IMG/VR virus record: IMGVR_UViG_3300023223_001973
Span: 35,694 to 99,693 of that record
Reading direction: 5' to 3' (one strand)
Source of the DNA: a virus
DNA length: 64,000 nucleotides
The first letter of the stretch is position 1. Each line of letters opens with the position of its first letter. The notes under the pieces were generated by a model. It ran no database searches. It had not been told where the DNA came from and was given only the letters and a program-made list of their open reading frames with translations. The position numbers and the translations under genes are program-made. Shown one piece after another: positions 17,823 through 26,827 of this stretch.

Positions 17823-18620
17823 ATGAGCCGGGAACTGCTAGAAGTCACTCTAGATGCTCTCCTTAAGCAGCAGAGTTCTATTACACAGGCCTTTCCCCAG
17901 TTTTATGATAGGGTTAAGGCTATTGCTCGTAAGGGCGGAGTGCGACTGAAGGAGTTGAGACCTGATGGTGTATGGCGTTTCTCTTGCCAGTCAGGGACTA
18001 AACAAAATGTACGGTATGATGTCTTTGTTAGGTTCTCTGGGATCGGTAGGGCTATCGAGCAGGCTGCCTCTGATGCTCAGTATTGGAAGAAGGATAAGTC
18101 TGGCCTGAATGCCACGGCTCTAGCCAATGATGTTATCTACAACTCCGACATCCAAACCTACTGCGAGTGTCCCGCGGATCTATACTGGGCCCACCAGTAT
18201 ACTCGATCTAAGTCCACTTTTAATGCCAAGTACACGCTCGACATTACCCAAGCTCCGTCCAGAAACAATGTTGCTCAGAGAGGGGCCTTCTGTAAGCACA
18301 CCCAGCTGGTCATCGATGTCCTCCCGATGTACCATAGCTCGGTGGCTAAGTATCTTAAAGACCACTACGCCAAGGAGATGAAGGCTGCTGAGGATGTTAA
18401 TCGAACTGCGATTACTGGAAAGGAACCTGAAAAGAAGATCATAGTTCCTGGCGAGGTGAAGCCTAAGCCTGGGAAGAGGATTATTACTCCTACGGAAGAA
18501 CCTGAAGAGGAACCCGAGGAGAAGAAACCTAAGGAAGAGCCTGAGAAGGAGCCGGAAGAAGACGAGGAAGAGGAGACTGAGGAAGAGCCTGAAGACGAGG
18601 AAGAGGAGAATAAAAAGTGA
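17823..18620 (+). CDS. SWIM-type Zn-finger protein with acidic tail
   Basis: YCECPADLYW...GAFCKH; E/P/K-rich C-terminus. Confidence 0.65.
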   Translation: MSRELLEVTLDALLKQQSSITQAFPQFYDRVKAIARKGGVRLKELRPDGVWRFSCQSGTKQNVRYDVFVRFSGIGRAIEQAASDAQYWKKDKSGLNATALANDVIYNSDIQTYCECPADLYWAHQYTRSKSTFNAKYTLDITQAPSRNNVAQRGAFCKHTQLVIDVLPMYHSSVAKYLKDHYAKEMKAAEDVNRTAITGKEPEKKIIVPGEVKPKPGKRIITPTEEPEEEPEEKKPKEEPEKEPEEDEEEETEEEPEDEEEENKK

Positions 18621-19537
18621 ATGTTCCTGACCTGACCAATCGCATCATTAATGAGACGACGTTTGCTGATGCTATTGCCTTCCTCCCATCCCACCTTCCT
18701 GATATGAAGAAGGCTATTCTGCCTCTGACCAAGGATAAGAAGAAATGGAAGATAGAGATCCTTGAGCAGGACCTTGATACTTATTATGTCAAGTTTGAGG
18801 ACCGCCTGGCAGTCTCTGTCAAGAAGAGGTATATGGAGCACTTCATGAGGAACATATTTGGTTCCCGTGCTCCTGTTATCCAGCACATAATGGAGGTTGA
18901 CCTGTCATTATCTCTCTCGGAGGCTGTAGAGGACACTATTAAGGATGAGATGAAGCGTCTGAAGAGGGTGTTGAAGGGTCTGCCTAGGCGTAATCCTTAC
19001 CGTCAGAGTGTTGTGAATTTTGCTGCCTTTAAACAGTACTTGGGGCCTAATCTTCAGGATATAACAGGTGCTGAAGTTCTCATCAATCTCAATCAGTATG
19101 ACCAGGATGTTGACAACCTTCTGACAGCTGTGAAGAGGGAGTACAACGATGACTTGGGTCAACTCCAGTTGCTGATTCAGGCCATGGAGCAGTCCCGACC
19201 TGTCGGGCAGTTCCCCATCTTTGACCGGTATACCACATTTATGGGTGCAACACTACGCCGTCCTGACCCAGACGTAGAGTTGGAGTATCAGGTCGGTGTG
19301 TTTATGACCCAAGTACCGTTTGAGTCTGTCACTGCCAGTGATGATGAGTTCCTTGAAGAGTTAGATGATGCTTTGGTCAAGACTAGTGGGATGAAAGCTT
19401 ACCCCCGGGGTAAGAACTTTACTGGTGGGTTCTTCGTGAGTTTAGCTGATGAGATAATGGACGCTGAAGAAGAGGAGGAGCCTGCTGCTCCCCCTGAAGA
19501 GGAGGACGAAGATGGCGACGGCGAAGAAAGCCCTTGA
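18617..19537 (+). CDS. candidate diverged capsid-protein paralog (vertex-protein-like)
   Basis: NETTFADAIAFLPSHLP matches MCP FETTFADNITFLGIQLP. Confidence 0.5.
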   Translation: MNVPDLTNRIINETTFADAIAFLPSHLPDMKKAILPLTKDKKKWKIEILEQDLDTYYVKFEDRLAVSVKKRYMEHFMRNIFGSRAPVIQHIMEVDLSLSLSEAVEDTIKDEMKRLKRVLKGLPRRNPYRQSVVNFAAFKQYLGPNLQDITGAEVLINLNQYDQDVDNLLTAVKREYNDDLGQLQLLIQAMEQSRPVGQFPIFDRYTTFMGATLRRPDPDVELEYQVGVFMTQVPFESVTASDDEFLEELDDALVKTSGMKAYPRGKNFTGGFFVSLADEIMDAEEEEEPAAPPEEEDEDGDGEESP

Positions 19538-19937
19538 GGTTTATAAGGCTCTTCTCAGGGTCTTTGGTGATTATGCAGACGATGTCCCTGCCACTGGTGT
19601 TGATCGTTATTTTAACATGGCAGTGGAGAAGGGTCAGTCTGTCATTCCTCGGGATGAGAAGGCTCTTCAGATCCTACATTCTATCCTCTGTCAGGGGGAT
19701 CATACCTCAGCTTACAGGACCTCAGCCTTGCTGAATATGCGGTTTGCTGACCTTGCTGCTAACTATAGCCCTGTCTATGTGGATGGTGAGCATCAGGGTG
19801 AGGCCTACTGGAAGAAGGGTGATGATCTCTATGACAGGGTACAGGCGTTGTTGAATTTCGAGGGGCCGAAAGGGTCATGGACTGACGCTGAAGGTAAAAA
19901 CGTTACGGTTCAGATCCCTCCCCCTAAGGAGGAGTAA
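19512..19937 (+). CDS. hypothetical protein
   Basis: 141-aa ORF, SD GGAGGA, fills the gap. Confidence 0.6.
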   Translation: MATAKKALEVYKALLRVFGDYADDVPATGVDRYFNMAVEKGQSVIPRDEKALQILHSILCQGDHTSAYRTSALLNMRFADLAANYSPVYVDGEHQGEAYWKKGDDLYDRVQALLNFEGPKGSWTDAEGKNVTVQIPPPKEE

Positions 19938-19939
19938 GG

Positions 19940-22900
19940 ATGGATGCAGCTACTTCGCTTGAAGGTTTGCTTCAGGGGCTCATGACTGAGCTTGAAACGC
20001 AGGATCTCCACCCTGTTGCTGTTGTAGAGCAGGATGACATGGATCTTCCGCGGGATGCTCTTCCTGATGAGGAAGAGGAGCCTGAAGAGGATGATATTCC
20101 TGTTCCTGAAGAGCCAGAGGAGCTTGCTCCCGAGCTTCCTGAGATCACAGATGCCCTCGCCCAGGAGTTCTACGAGAAGTTAGAGGTACCCGATACCATC
20201 GAAGTCTCTGCTCTTAAGTCGGGCATGGAGGCTGAGCTTGAGCATTGGGAGACCTCTGGTGAGAGCATGGAAGTGGTTGCCCGCATTGCTGTTGATCACT
20301 TGCTTGAGTCTCCTACCTACTATGAAGCTCTGGCTGCTATGATAGCTGACCTTGAGGCTGAGCAGGGCCCGACCGATCCTGAAGAGCCTCTTGAAGAGCC
20401 AGAGGAACCTGTTGAAGAACCTGAAGAGGAAGAGGAGGAGCCTACTGAGTCTCGTGTTCAAGAGCAGGCTGGTTCTAAGTATGCTATGGGTGAAGTGGGG
20501 GAGTGGGATGCTATTAGTGTTAACCTGACTTCTGACCGGTTGGAGTTTACTTCTCATGATGAGAGTGAGGGTCCTGAGGGTTATGACTTCACGATGAAAA
20601 AGGAAGGGAACGAGTGGGTGGTTGATAGGGAGGAGACTTCTTATAATGTTCAAGGCAGTCATGTTCTTTGGCTTATAGCTAGTGGGTATAAGGATTGGGA
20701 TGAGGCAGGGGAGAAGGCTCCAAAGCGGGATGAGGATGTCCGTATTCCTGATGCTAAGATGTTCGATGCTGTGAAGCAGATGGCAGAGGAAGAGGCAGCC
20801 TCTCTTACTTTGGGATCTTCTGAGGGACCTGAAGAGGCCCGTATTCGTGAGCAGGCCGAGGGTGAGTCTGAGAATGTGTTAGGGCTCGAATGGAAGTACC
20901 CGAAGCCTGTTGCCCGCGTGGATCAGCTTGTCGCAGAGTATGGTCAGCCTCAGACTGTGGCTGATGATCGGGTAATCTGGACTGAAGGCATTGAACCCTT
21001 TAGCGAGATTAGGGTTGTTGATGAGGAGATACCTCATGATAAGCCCAAGCCTCATGCTGACTATCTTTATGCCTCCATGCCTTATAATGTTCCTGAGGAT
21101 AAGGTGGCTGACGTTGAGAAGATCAGTAAGTCGGTAATGTATGATCCTCTCAAGCAGGTCATTACAGCTCGCTGTGATAACATGGCTGCCAATGTTACAA
21201 GCCTGTATCTTGCCCAGCAGATAGCTGATGGTGAGATGACTGCTGATGAAGCCTCTGAGCAGTATGGTGACACCATTATGAAGGCTATGGAGGATGAGGC
21301 ACTGGTTCAGGACATGAAGGGCAAGCTCAAGCCTATGATGGGTGAACTACCTCCTGAGGATGGTGAGCCTGAAGAACGTATCGTGAATCCCATGATTGGT
21401 GCTAATGAGGCTAAGGGTGCCGTCAAGGGCCTTGCCAAGAAGGCTGGCCGCTCTGTTAAGAAGGCTGAGGAGATCTGGAAGTCCGTCAAGAAGGACTATC
21501 TCACGCGCAACAAGAAGACCGAAGATGAGATGACTGATCGTGACTGGGAGAAGGTTACTGGAGCAGTCAAGCACTCTCTCGGTCTTAAGGCTGGTGAGTC
21601 TCGTGTAAGTGAAGACAAGGGCTGGATTGCGTTTGGGAAGAACCATAATGAGTATGTCCTCCTAAGTGAGGATAGGGAGCAGTTCTGGGCTGGTAATGAG
21701 AAGGGCTGGACCAAGACCTATGAAGAGGCTAAGGTATTCTCCTCTCAAGAGGAGGCTGAGAAGGCTGCTAAGTCACTAGGCCTTGATCCCTATGAGTCTC
21801 GCGATAAGGAGTCCCGTGCTGATGAACTCCAGTCTGGTATGTTTATTGAGGGCCATGAGGGTGATGACATTAAGGAGCCCGACATTCCCAGGGATTTTGA
21901 TGAGGAAGAGTTTGAGGCCTGGCAAGAGGCTGGTGGTACCTCTCTAGCTGATCTTTCCTTAGAACAGCAGAAGAAGCTGTTTCAGGAGGAAGATTCTGGG
22001 GGACCCCCCGCTGACGAGACTAAGGGACGCGGATTTGGCTCTTCAGGAGTCTCTCGTGAGGAGGAGATGAAGGCTGAGGGAGCAGTCATGGATGCTGGTA
22101 TCAAGTATGATACCAAGAATTATGACATCGCTAATGGTCGCCTTGAGTTTGCACAGTCTTTACCTGGTCGAGGAGCTTCAGCTGATGTTGTCGCTGTCTG
22201 GGACCTGAAGGCTCATAAGCTTATTGACATGGAGGAAGGTAGAGTTCCTAATGTTACAGCTCCTGAGGCTGACAAGATTAAGGACCTTCGTGAACAGGGT
22301 TATATGCCTTTAGCCAAGGGTCTTACGCAAGAGGATGCTGATAATATGGCCAAGGTGAAGGATGGTGTGGTCTCTCCTGATCCTGAGAACCCTGAGAAGT
22401 TTATGGTCCTGGTTAAGGAATCTCTGTGGGAGGAAACCCCTTCTGAGGAAGGTCCTCCTAAGGAGGATAATGGTCCCCGTATTGAGTTCCGTAGTGAGGC
22501 TGAGGAGGATCTCTGGGATACTGAGCTGCTGGGTCAGATCTCGGATGGGGCTTATGAGAACTATCGTGGATCTCATTATCGGCACTGGGATCAGCTTCCT
22601 ACAAGGGTTAACCCTGATCTACGTCGTCCGCGGGTGGTTAACAGTCAGTATAAGAATTACTTCCCATTTCATAAGGACCTGATGGATGCCGTTGGTCCGC
22701 GGATGTTGAAGATTGTCAGGCGGACCATGCCTGAGGCTACTTCGGAGGATCTCCGCAAGATGCTGGTTCATATCAGCAATGCTGTGAGATACCCCGTTCG
22801 TGAGGTTAGAGAATCGATGCGTGAAGGATTGACCACTACTCCTAATGATGTTGCTAAGTCCGGTGGTGGTACCTTTGCCAAGAAGGGTGAGACTGTCCAA

Positions 22901-23932
22901 GCTGAGAGGATCTCTGATGAGTCTGGTGGCACGACATTGATCCTGACCAACCCTGAAGAGGGTACTCGTGAGATCCTCCAGTTTGAGTCTGAGCAGGCTA
23001 TGTCAGATGCTGGCTGGAAGGTAGAGGAGACCAAGATGAATGAGGAAGGCATTATACCTCCTGTGAAGCAAGGTAAGGACGAACCTCATCCTATCAAGGA
23101 TCCCATTGCATCCGATGTGGATACCTTGAAGGATAAGGACATGGAGGATGAGCGTGTGAAGCCTGCTGAGATGGACTTTGATGAGCAGGGTAAAATGTAT
23201 ATGGATGCTGTCCTCAGCACAGAGGGTTTGCCTGGCGCTGGACCGTCCGGTCAGGAAGGTACAACTGAATCTATGGAAGAGGCAGACGTACCTAAAGTAG
23301 CACTGCCTCGCGGGTTCCCAAAGTTGGATCAGGACACTTGGGAGAAGGCTGTTGCCTCGCTGCACAAGCGAGGTACCTTGAAGAAAGGTGATAAATACAA
23401 TTATGCAGCTCTTATAGCTGTGTATAGGAATATGGAGGCTAAGGCTGAGAGAGAAACAATGACGCCTACTAAGGAATTCCGGGATCTTCATGGGTTACTC
23501 TCTGGTTTAGGAGGTCCTGTGAATGAGCAGGGTAACTTCGCTGTTGCTCGTCCTGATGATATTGGGACTACTGAGGTTAGGGGAGATACATACTATCAGA
23601 CCTATGGTGGACCGGGTGGTAGTGAGCCTCCCATTCCTGAGTGGCTTCCCTCGGCTGTTGTCGAGCAGTTCAAACAAGCTTGGACGGATGAGTTTAAGGC
23701 CCAGGCTGAGGCAGAAGCTGGGGAGGGTGAGGACCTTGACGATGTGATGTTTAACATGTCTCAGACTACTTATGATGACGCCTCTGGGTTCCTTGTTGTG
23801 GGACCAAGTATGTCTGAGGATTTCTCAGGTGTTGATCACTGGACAGTGGGCCCCTTCAAGGCTCAGGTTAAGCTGCCTGGCTCTGAGGAAGAGTCAGCTG
23901 TTGAGGTTTGGGGTGGTATCTCTGGGGTGTAG
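19940..23932 (+). CDS. large acidic modular polyprotein, candidate internal virion protein; includes a DUF5661-like module
   Basis: 1330 aa; GMEAELEH...IAVDHLLESPTYY module; unrelated modules separated by ESRVQE, EARIRE, ESRVSE, ESRADE, ESLWEE and similar. Confidence 0.7.
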   Translation: MDAATSLEGLLQGLMTELETQDLHPVAVVEQDDMDLPRDALPDEEEEPEEDDIPVPEEPEELAPELPEITDALAQEFYEKLEVPDTIEVSALKSGMEAELEHWETSGESMEVVARIAVDHLLESPTYYEALAAMIADLEAEQGPTDPEEPLEEPEEPVEEPEEEEEEPTESRVQEQAGSKYAMGEVGEWDAISVNLTSDRLEFTSHDESEGPEGYDFTMKKEGNEWVVDREETSYNVQGSHVLWLIASGYKDWDEAGEKAPKRDEDVRIPDAKMFDAVKQMAEEEAASLTLGSSEGPEEARIREQAEGESENVLGLEWKYPKPVARVDQLVAEYGQPQTVADDRVIWTEGIEPFSEIRVVDEEIPHDKPKPHADYLYASMPYNVPEDKVADVEKISKSVMYDPLKQVITARCDNMAANVTSLYLAQQIADGEMTADEASEQYGDTIMKAMEDEALVQDMKGKLKPMMGELPPEDGEPEERIVNPMIGANEAKGAVKGLAKKAGRSVKKAEEIWKSVKKDYLTRNKKTEDEMTDRDWEKVTGAVKHSLGLKAGESRVSEDKGWIAFGKNHNEYVLLSEDREQFWAGNEKGWTKTYEEAKVFSSQEEAEKAAKSLGLDPYESRDKESRADELQSGMFIEGHEGDDIKEPDIPRDFDEEEFEAWQEAGGTSLADLSLEQQKKLFQEEDSGGPPADETKGRGFGSSGVSREEEMKAEGAVMDAGIKYDTKNYDIANGRLEFAQSLPGRGASADVVAVWDLKAHKLIDMEEGRVPNVTAPEADKIKDLREQGYMPLAKGLTQEDADNMAKVKDGVVSPDPENPEKFMVLVKESLWEETPSEEGPPKEDNGPRIEFRSEAEEDLWDTELLGQISDGAYENYRGSHYRHWDQLPTRVNPDLRRPRVVNSQYKNYFPFHKDLMDAVGPRMLKIVRRTMPEATSEDLRKMLVHISNAVRYPVREVRESMREGLTTTPNDVAKSGGGTFAKKGETVQAERISDESGGTTLILTNPEEGTREILQFESEQAMSDAGWKVEETKMNEEGIIPPVKQGKDEPHPIKDPIASDVDTLKDKDMEDERVKPAEMDFDEQGKMYMDAVLSTEGLPGAGPSGQEGTTESMEEADVPKVALPRGFPKLDQDTWEKAVASLHKRGTLKKGDKYNYAALIAVYRNMEAKAERETMTPTKEFRDLHGLLSGLGGPVNEQGNFAVARPDDIGTTEVRGDTYYQTYGGPGGSEPPIPEWLPSAVVEQFKQAWTDEFKAQAEAEAGEGEDLDDVMFNMSQTTYDDASGFLVVGPSMSEDFSGVDHWTVGPFKAQVKLPGSEEESAVEVWGGISGV

Positions 23933-23934
23933 TT

Positions 23935-24813
23935 ATGGAAGAGTTTGAGCCCCTCTTTAACTTTCTAATGGAAGGAAACGTCGGACCTCTCATTGAGCAG
24001 GAACCTGCCACTGGGATGAAGCAGGACCGTCTTCCACGTGAGGAGGCTCTCAAGCGCTTCGACCTTGTGAAGGCCACTCTTGTTGAGTTGGGGATTGACG
24101 CTGATGCCATAGAACCTGGTGGCTCCATACGACGGGGTAAGGACACTGTTGGTGATCTTGATGTTGGCATCTTCGACTATGACAAGATAAGCAAAGGATT
24201 CTACAGCCGGTTTGTTGAGACTATGAAGGCTAAGGGTCATGAGGTTACGCCTAAGACCTTGGGAGCCTCTCAGACCTCTCTTCTCATTGATGGGTTTCTG
24301 GTTGAGCTGAAGAAGTTCCCTACGGAGTCTTACGGTGCGGCCATGATCTTTATTACGGGTCCTGGCCAGTACAACCTTGACATGAGGGGCTGGGCTAAGG
24401 GTAAGGGCTACAAGCTGAATCGCTATGGTCTCTTTGATGCTGCCTCTGGTAAGATGTATCCCTCCGACAAGGAGGAAGGGATCTACAAGCAGTTGGGCAT
24501 CCCTTATGAGCAACCTAGTGCAAGGCTTAAGTTTAGTCCTCCACGTGAGGAGAGACCTGCAGACCCGAAGCCTGATGAGACTCAGATACCTGAAGAGCTC
24601 TGGAACAAGGTCCCTGATGACGTTAAGGCTAAGCTGAAAGACTTCGATGTTCCTGCCGTTGATGAGAACGGGATTCGACTGGGCAAGGACTTCCTCTGGA
24701 ACAAGAAGGTCAGGCAGAGGTACCATATCACATACTCCCAGGCGAAGAGGTCTGGTCAGGAGATGAAACCCAAGTTTGAGCTTCCTGCGGAGTTCAAGCT
24801 GGATCGCTATTAG
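23935..24813 (+). CDS. polX: minimal family X DNA polymerase (palm + thumb)
   Basis: GGSIRRGKDTVGDLD, FITGPGQYNLDMR, GYKLNRYGLF, EEGIYKQLGIPYEQPSAR. Confidence 0.85.
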   Translation: MEEFEPLFNFLMEGNVGPLIEQEPATGMKQDRLPREEALKRFDLVKATLVELGIDADAIEPGGSIRRGKDTVGDLDVGIFDYDKISKGFYSRFVETMKAKGHEVTPKTLGASQTSLLIDGFLVELKKFPTESYGAAMIFITGPGQYNLDMRGWAKGKGYKLNRYGLFDAASGKMYPSDKEEGIYKQLGIPYEQPSARLKFSPPREERPADPKPDETQIPEELWNKVPDDVKAKLKDFDVPAVDENGIRLGKDFLWNKKVRQRYHITYSQAKRSGQEMKPKFELPAEFKLDRY

Positions 24814-24821
24814 GAGAGGTT

Positions 24822-25127
24822 ATGTCCTTTGAAGAGATTTATGAGAAGGTAGAGGAAGCTCGACCTACTCAGGCTGACTATGAGAGATTCCAGCAGGAGT
24901 ATAAAACTTTTCTTGATGGATCTGGCCTAGATGGTGACATCAATAATGTCGCTGATGAGGTATTTTATGAGATATGGCCGGTCTCTGAGGAGGAAGAAGG
25001 AAAAGCTGTAGACTTTCTTCAGAGGCTTGCTTCTAAGTATAAAATGCGGTATAGCCACTATGGTACGAAGGGTGATGGACAGTTTCATAACCATTATGTA
25101 GCATGGGACTTACAGTGGATGGTTTGA
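24822..25127 (+). CDS. leader-tagged small protein (candidate internal protein)
   Basis: N-terminus MSFEEIYEKVEE; SD GGAG. Confidence 0.7.
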   Translation: MSFEEIYEKVEEARPTQADYERFQQEYKTFLDGSGLDGDINNVADEVFYEIWPVSEEEEGKAVDFLQRLASKYKMRYSHYGTKGDGQFHNHYVAWDLQWMV

Positions 25128-25139
25128 TAGGAGGTTGTT

Positions 25140-25706
25140 ATGGAGTTTGGTGATATCTTCGAGAAGGTGAACGAGGTTAAGATCAACGAGGGTTGGGAAG
25201 CCTACCCACTTCCTAAAACTCTAGAAGATCTAATGTATACCCTTAAGGGTATGAAAGTGGGTGAGTATGCTATTACTGATGTGGTGAAGAATAAGGGTGG
25301 AGAGGGTGTTACCATTACTGGTGAATGGGGTCCGGAGAAGGTTGATTTGTACCCTTGGGGTCCTAATGCTCTTGAGCTCAGTCTTTCTGGTGATATTTAC
25401 GAAGAGGGTGAGTATCCTGCTTCCCCAGAAAGGGGTCCTAGACTCAACCAGGATGCTAGTCTTTTTCAGGAAATGTTTGACGATATGAGGAACTTTGATG
25501 TTATTGATCAGACTAACTCTGATGTCTCTGTTGACAATATTGAGCGGCTTGGGTTTGGTGAGTATAAGACTGGTGAGGATGAAGCTGGTGAACCTGAGTA
25601 TACTATTCCTGTTGAGGTTCTTCAGAAGAGAATGGAAGAGGCCGACACTGGAGTTACTGAAGAGGCTGTATTAGATTTCATTGATGATCTTTTGACTTCT
25701 AGGTAG
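25140..25706 (+). CDS. leader-tagged acidic protein (candidate internal protein)
   Basis: N-terminus MEFGDIFEKVNEVKINE; SD AGGAGG. Confidence 0.7.
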   Translation: MEFGDIFEKVNEVKINEGWEAYPLPKTLEDLMYTLKGMKVGEYAITDVVKNKGGEGVTITGEWGPEKVDLYPWGPNALELSLSGDIYEEGEYPASPERGPRLNQDASLFQEMFDDMRNFDVIDQTNSDVSVDNIERLGFGEYKTGEDEAGEPEYTIPVEVLQKRMEEADTGVTEEAVLDFIDDLLTSR

Positions 25707-25714
25707 GATCAACT

Positions 25715-26269
25715 GTGTACTTTGATGAAATCTTCGACAAGGTGAATGAAGACTCTAATTACGTCTACACCGCTCAGGTAGACCTTGGCACCAATCGTAA
25801 AGGCTATCAGCAAATGGGCCCATACACTGTGCCTGAAGGGAAAACCTTTGCTGGTGATAATTATCCATCTGAGCAGGACTATATTGCTGATCTTATAGCA
25901 AAGGGTTATGATGAGACTGGGCAACTGAGGAATGTTACTGATCCTCGTTATAGTGTTCAATATGAGGCTCAAGTGAATGAGACTAACATGATAGGCTTCG
26001 CAGCTGGCACTCTCCCTCTTAAGGTTACTCAGGAGCAAGAGACAAGGGAGGTATGGACCTGTCCTCATTGTGATAAGGAAATTCAAGAGAAGACTCTCTT
26101 CTGCGAGGACTTGGATTCTAAGGAATACACTCATAGTCCTTGTAAAGGAAAGGTTTCTCTACCACAGACCACGGAGGGTGAGGATGATATTACTCGCTTC
26201 CTAAGTGGCAAGGATAGTCATGGCCAGGGTGAGGATGTATCCTTTTATGCTATGACCCCGAGAGGTTGA
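25715..26269 (+). CDS. leader-tagged protein with Zn-finger (candidate internal protein)
   Basis: N-terminus MYFDEIFDKVNE; CPHC...HSPC. Confidence 0.7.
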   Translation: MYFDEIFDKVNEDSNYVYTAQVDLGTNRKGYQQMGPYTVPEGKTFAGDNYPSEQDYIADLIAKGYDETGQLRNVTDPRYSVQYEAQVNETNMIGFAAGTLPLKVTQEQETREVWTCPHCDKEIQEKTLFCEDLDSKEYTHSPCKGKVSLPQTTEGEDDITRFLSGKDSHGQGEDVSFYAMTPRG

Positions 26270-26270
26270 T

Positions 26271-26552
26271 GTGTTTGGTGAGCTATATGAAGCAATTTTA
26301 GAGAAGCGTGGAACTGGAAAGAGGGCTCGTGTCCCTGGTATACTAGATGTACCAAGGGGTAGATCTGCCTTTAGTATGGGGATTGGTCATTATGTGAAGT
26401 TGGCCAAGCAGCATGGTAAGTCGAAGATCCTGAGTGCTCTCAAGAACCTGGAGCAGCTGAATAAGATACCGTTTCCTAAGTCTTCAGCTGCTGCGAATAA
26501 ACTGATTAACCGGCTTACAGCCTCTTCCAAGTGGAAGAAGCTCAAGAGGTAA
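26271..26552 (+). CDS. leader-tagged highly basic small protein
   Basis: MFGELYEAILE followed by a K/R-rich body. Confidence 0.65.
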   Translation: MFGELYEAILEKRGTGKRARVPGILDVPRGRSAFSMGIGHYVKLAKQHGKSKILSALKNLEQLNKIPFPKSSAAANKLINRLTASSKWKKLKR

Positions 26553-26553
26553 T

Positions 26554-26826
26554 ATGTTTCACGGCCTGTTTGAACGTTTGAGTGAGGATCAAGAGCACGG
26601 CCGCGTTCTCCTCATTAAGATGAATGAAGAGGGTTATGAGTCTCTGATGCCTATGCTACAGCATCTAGAGAATGCTGGCAACGTTGGACACTCTCTATCT
26701 GTGGAAATGGATGATGACAAGTATGGGTGGGATGGTGACGGTAATGCTAGGATCTTGGGAATTATTGACTTAACTGCTGAAGAGGTCAAAGCGGCTTCTG
26801 AAGCTGAGCCTGTTGAAGGAGAGTAA
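26554..26826 (+). CDS. leader-tagged small acidic protein
   Basis: MFHGLFERLSE; GNVGHS...GWDGDG motif. Confidence 0.65.
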   Translation: MFHGLFERLSEDQEHGRVLLIKMNEEGYESLMPMLQHLENAGNVGHSLSVEMDDDKYGWDGDGNARILGIIDLTAEEVKAASEAEPVEGE

Positions 26827-26827
26827 G

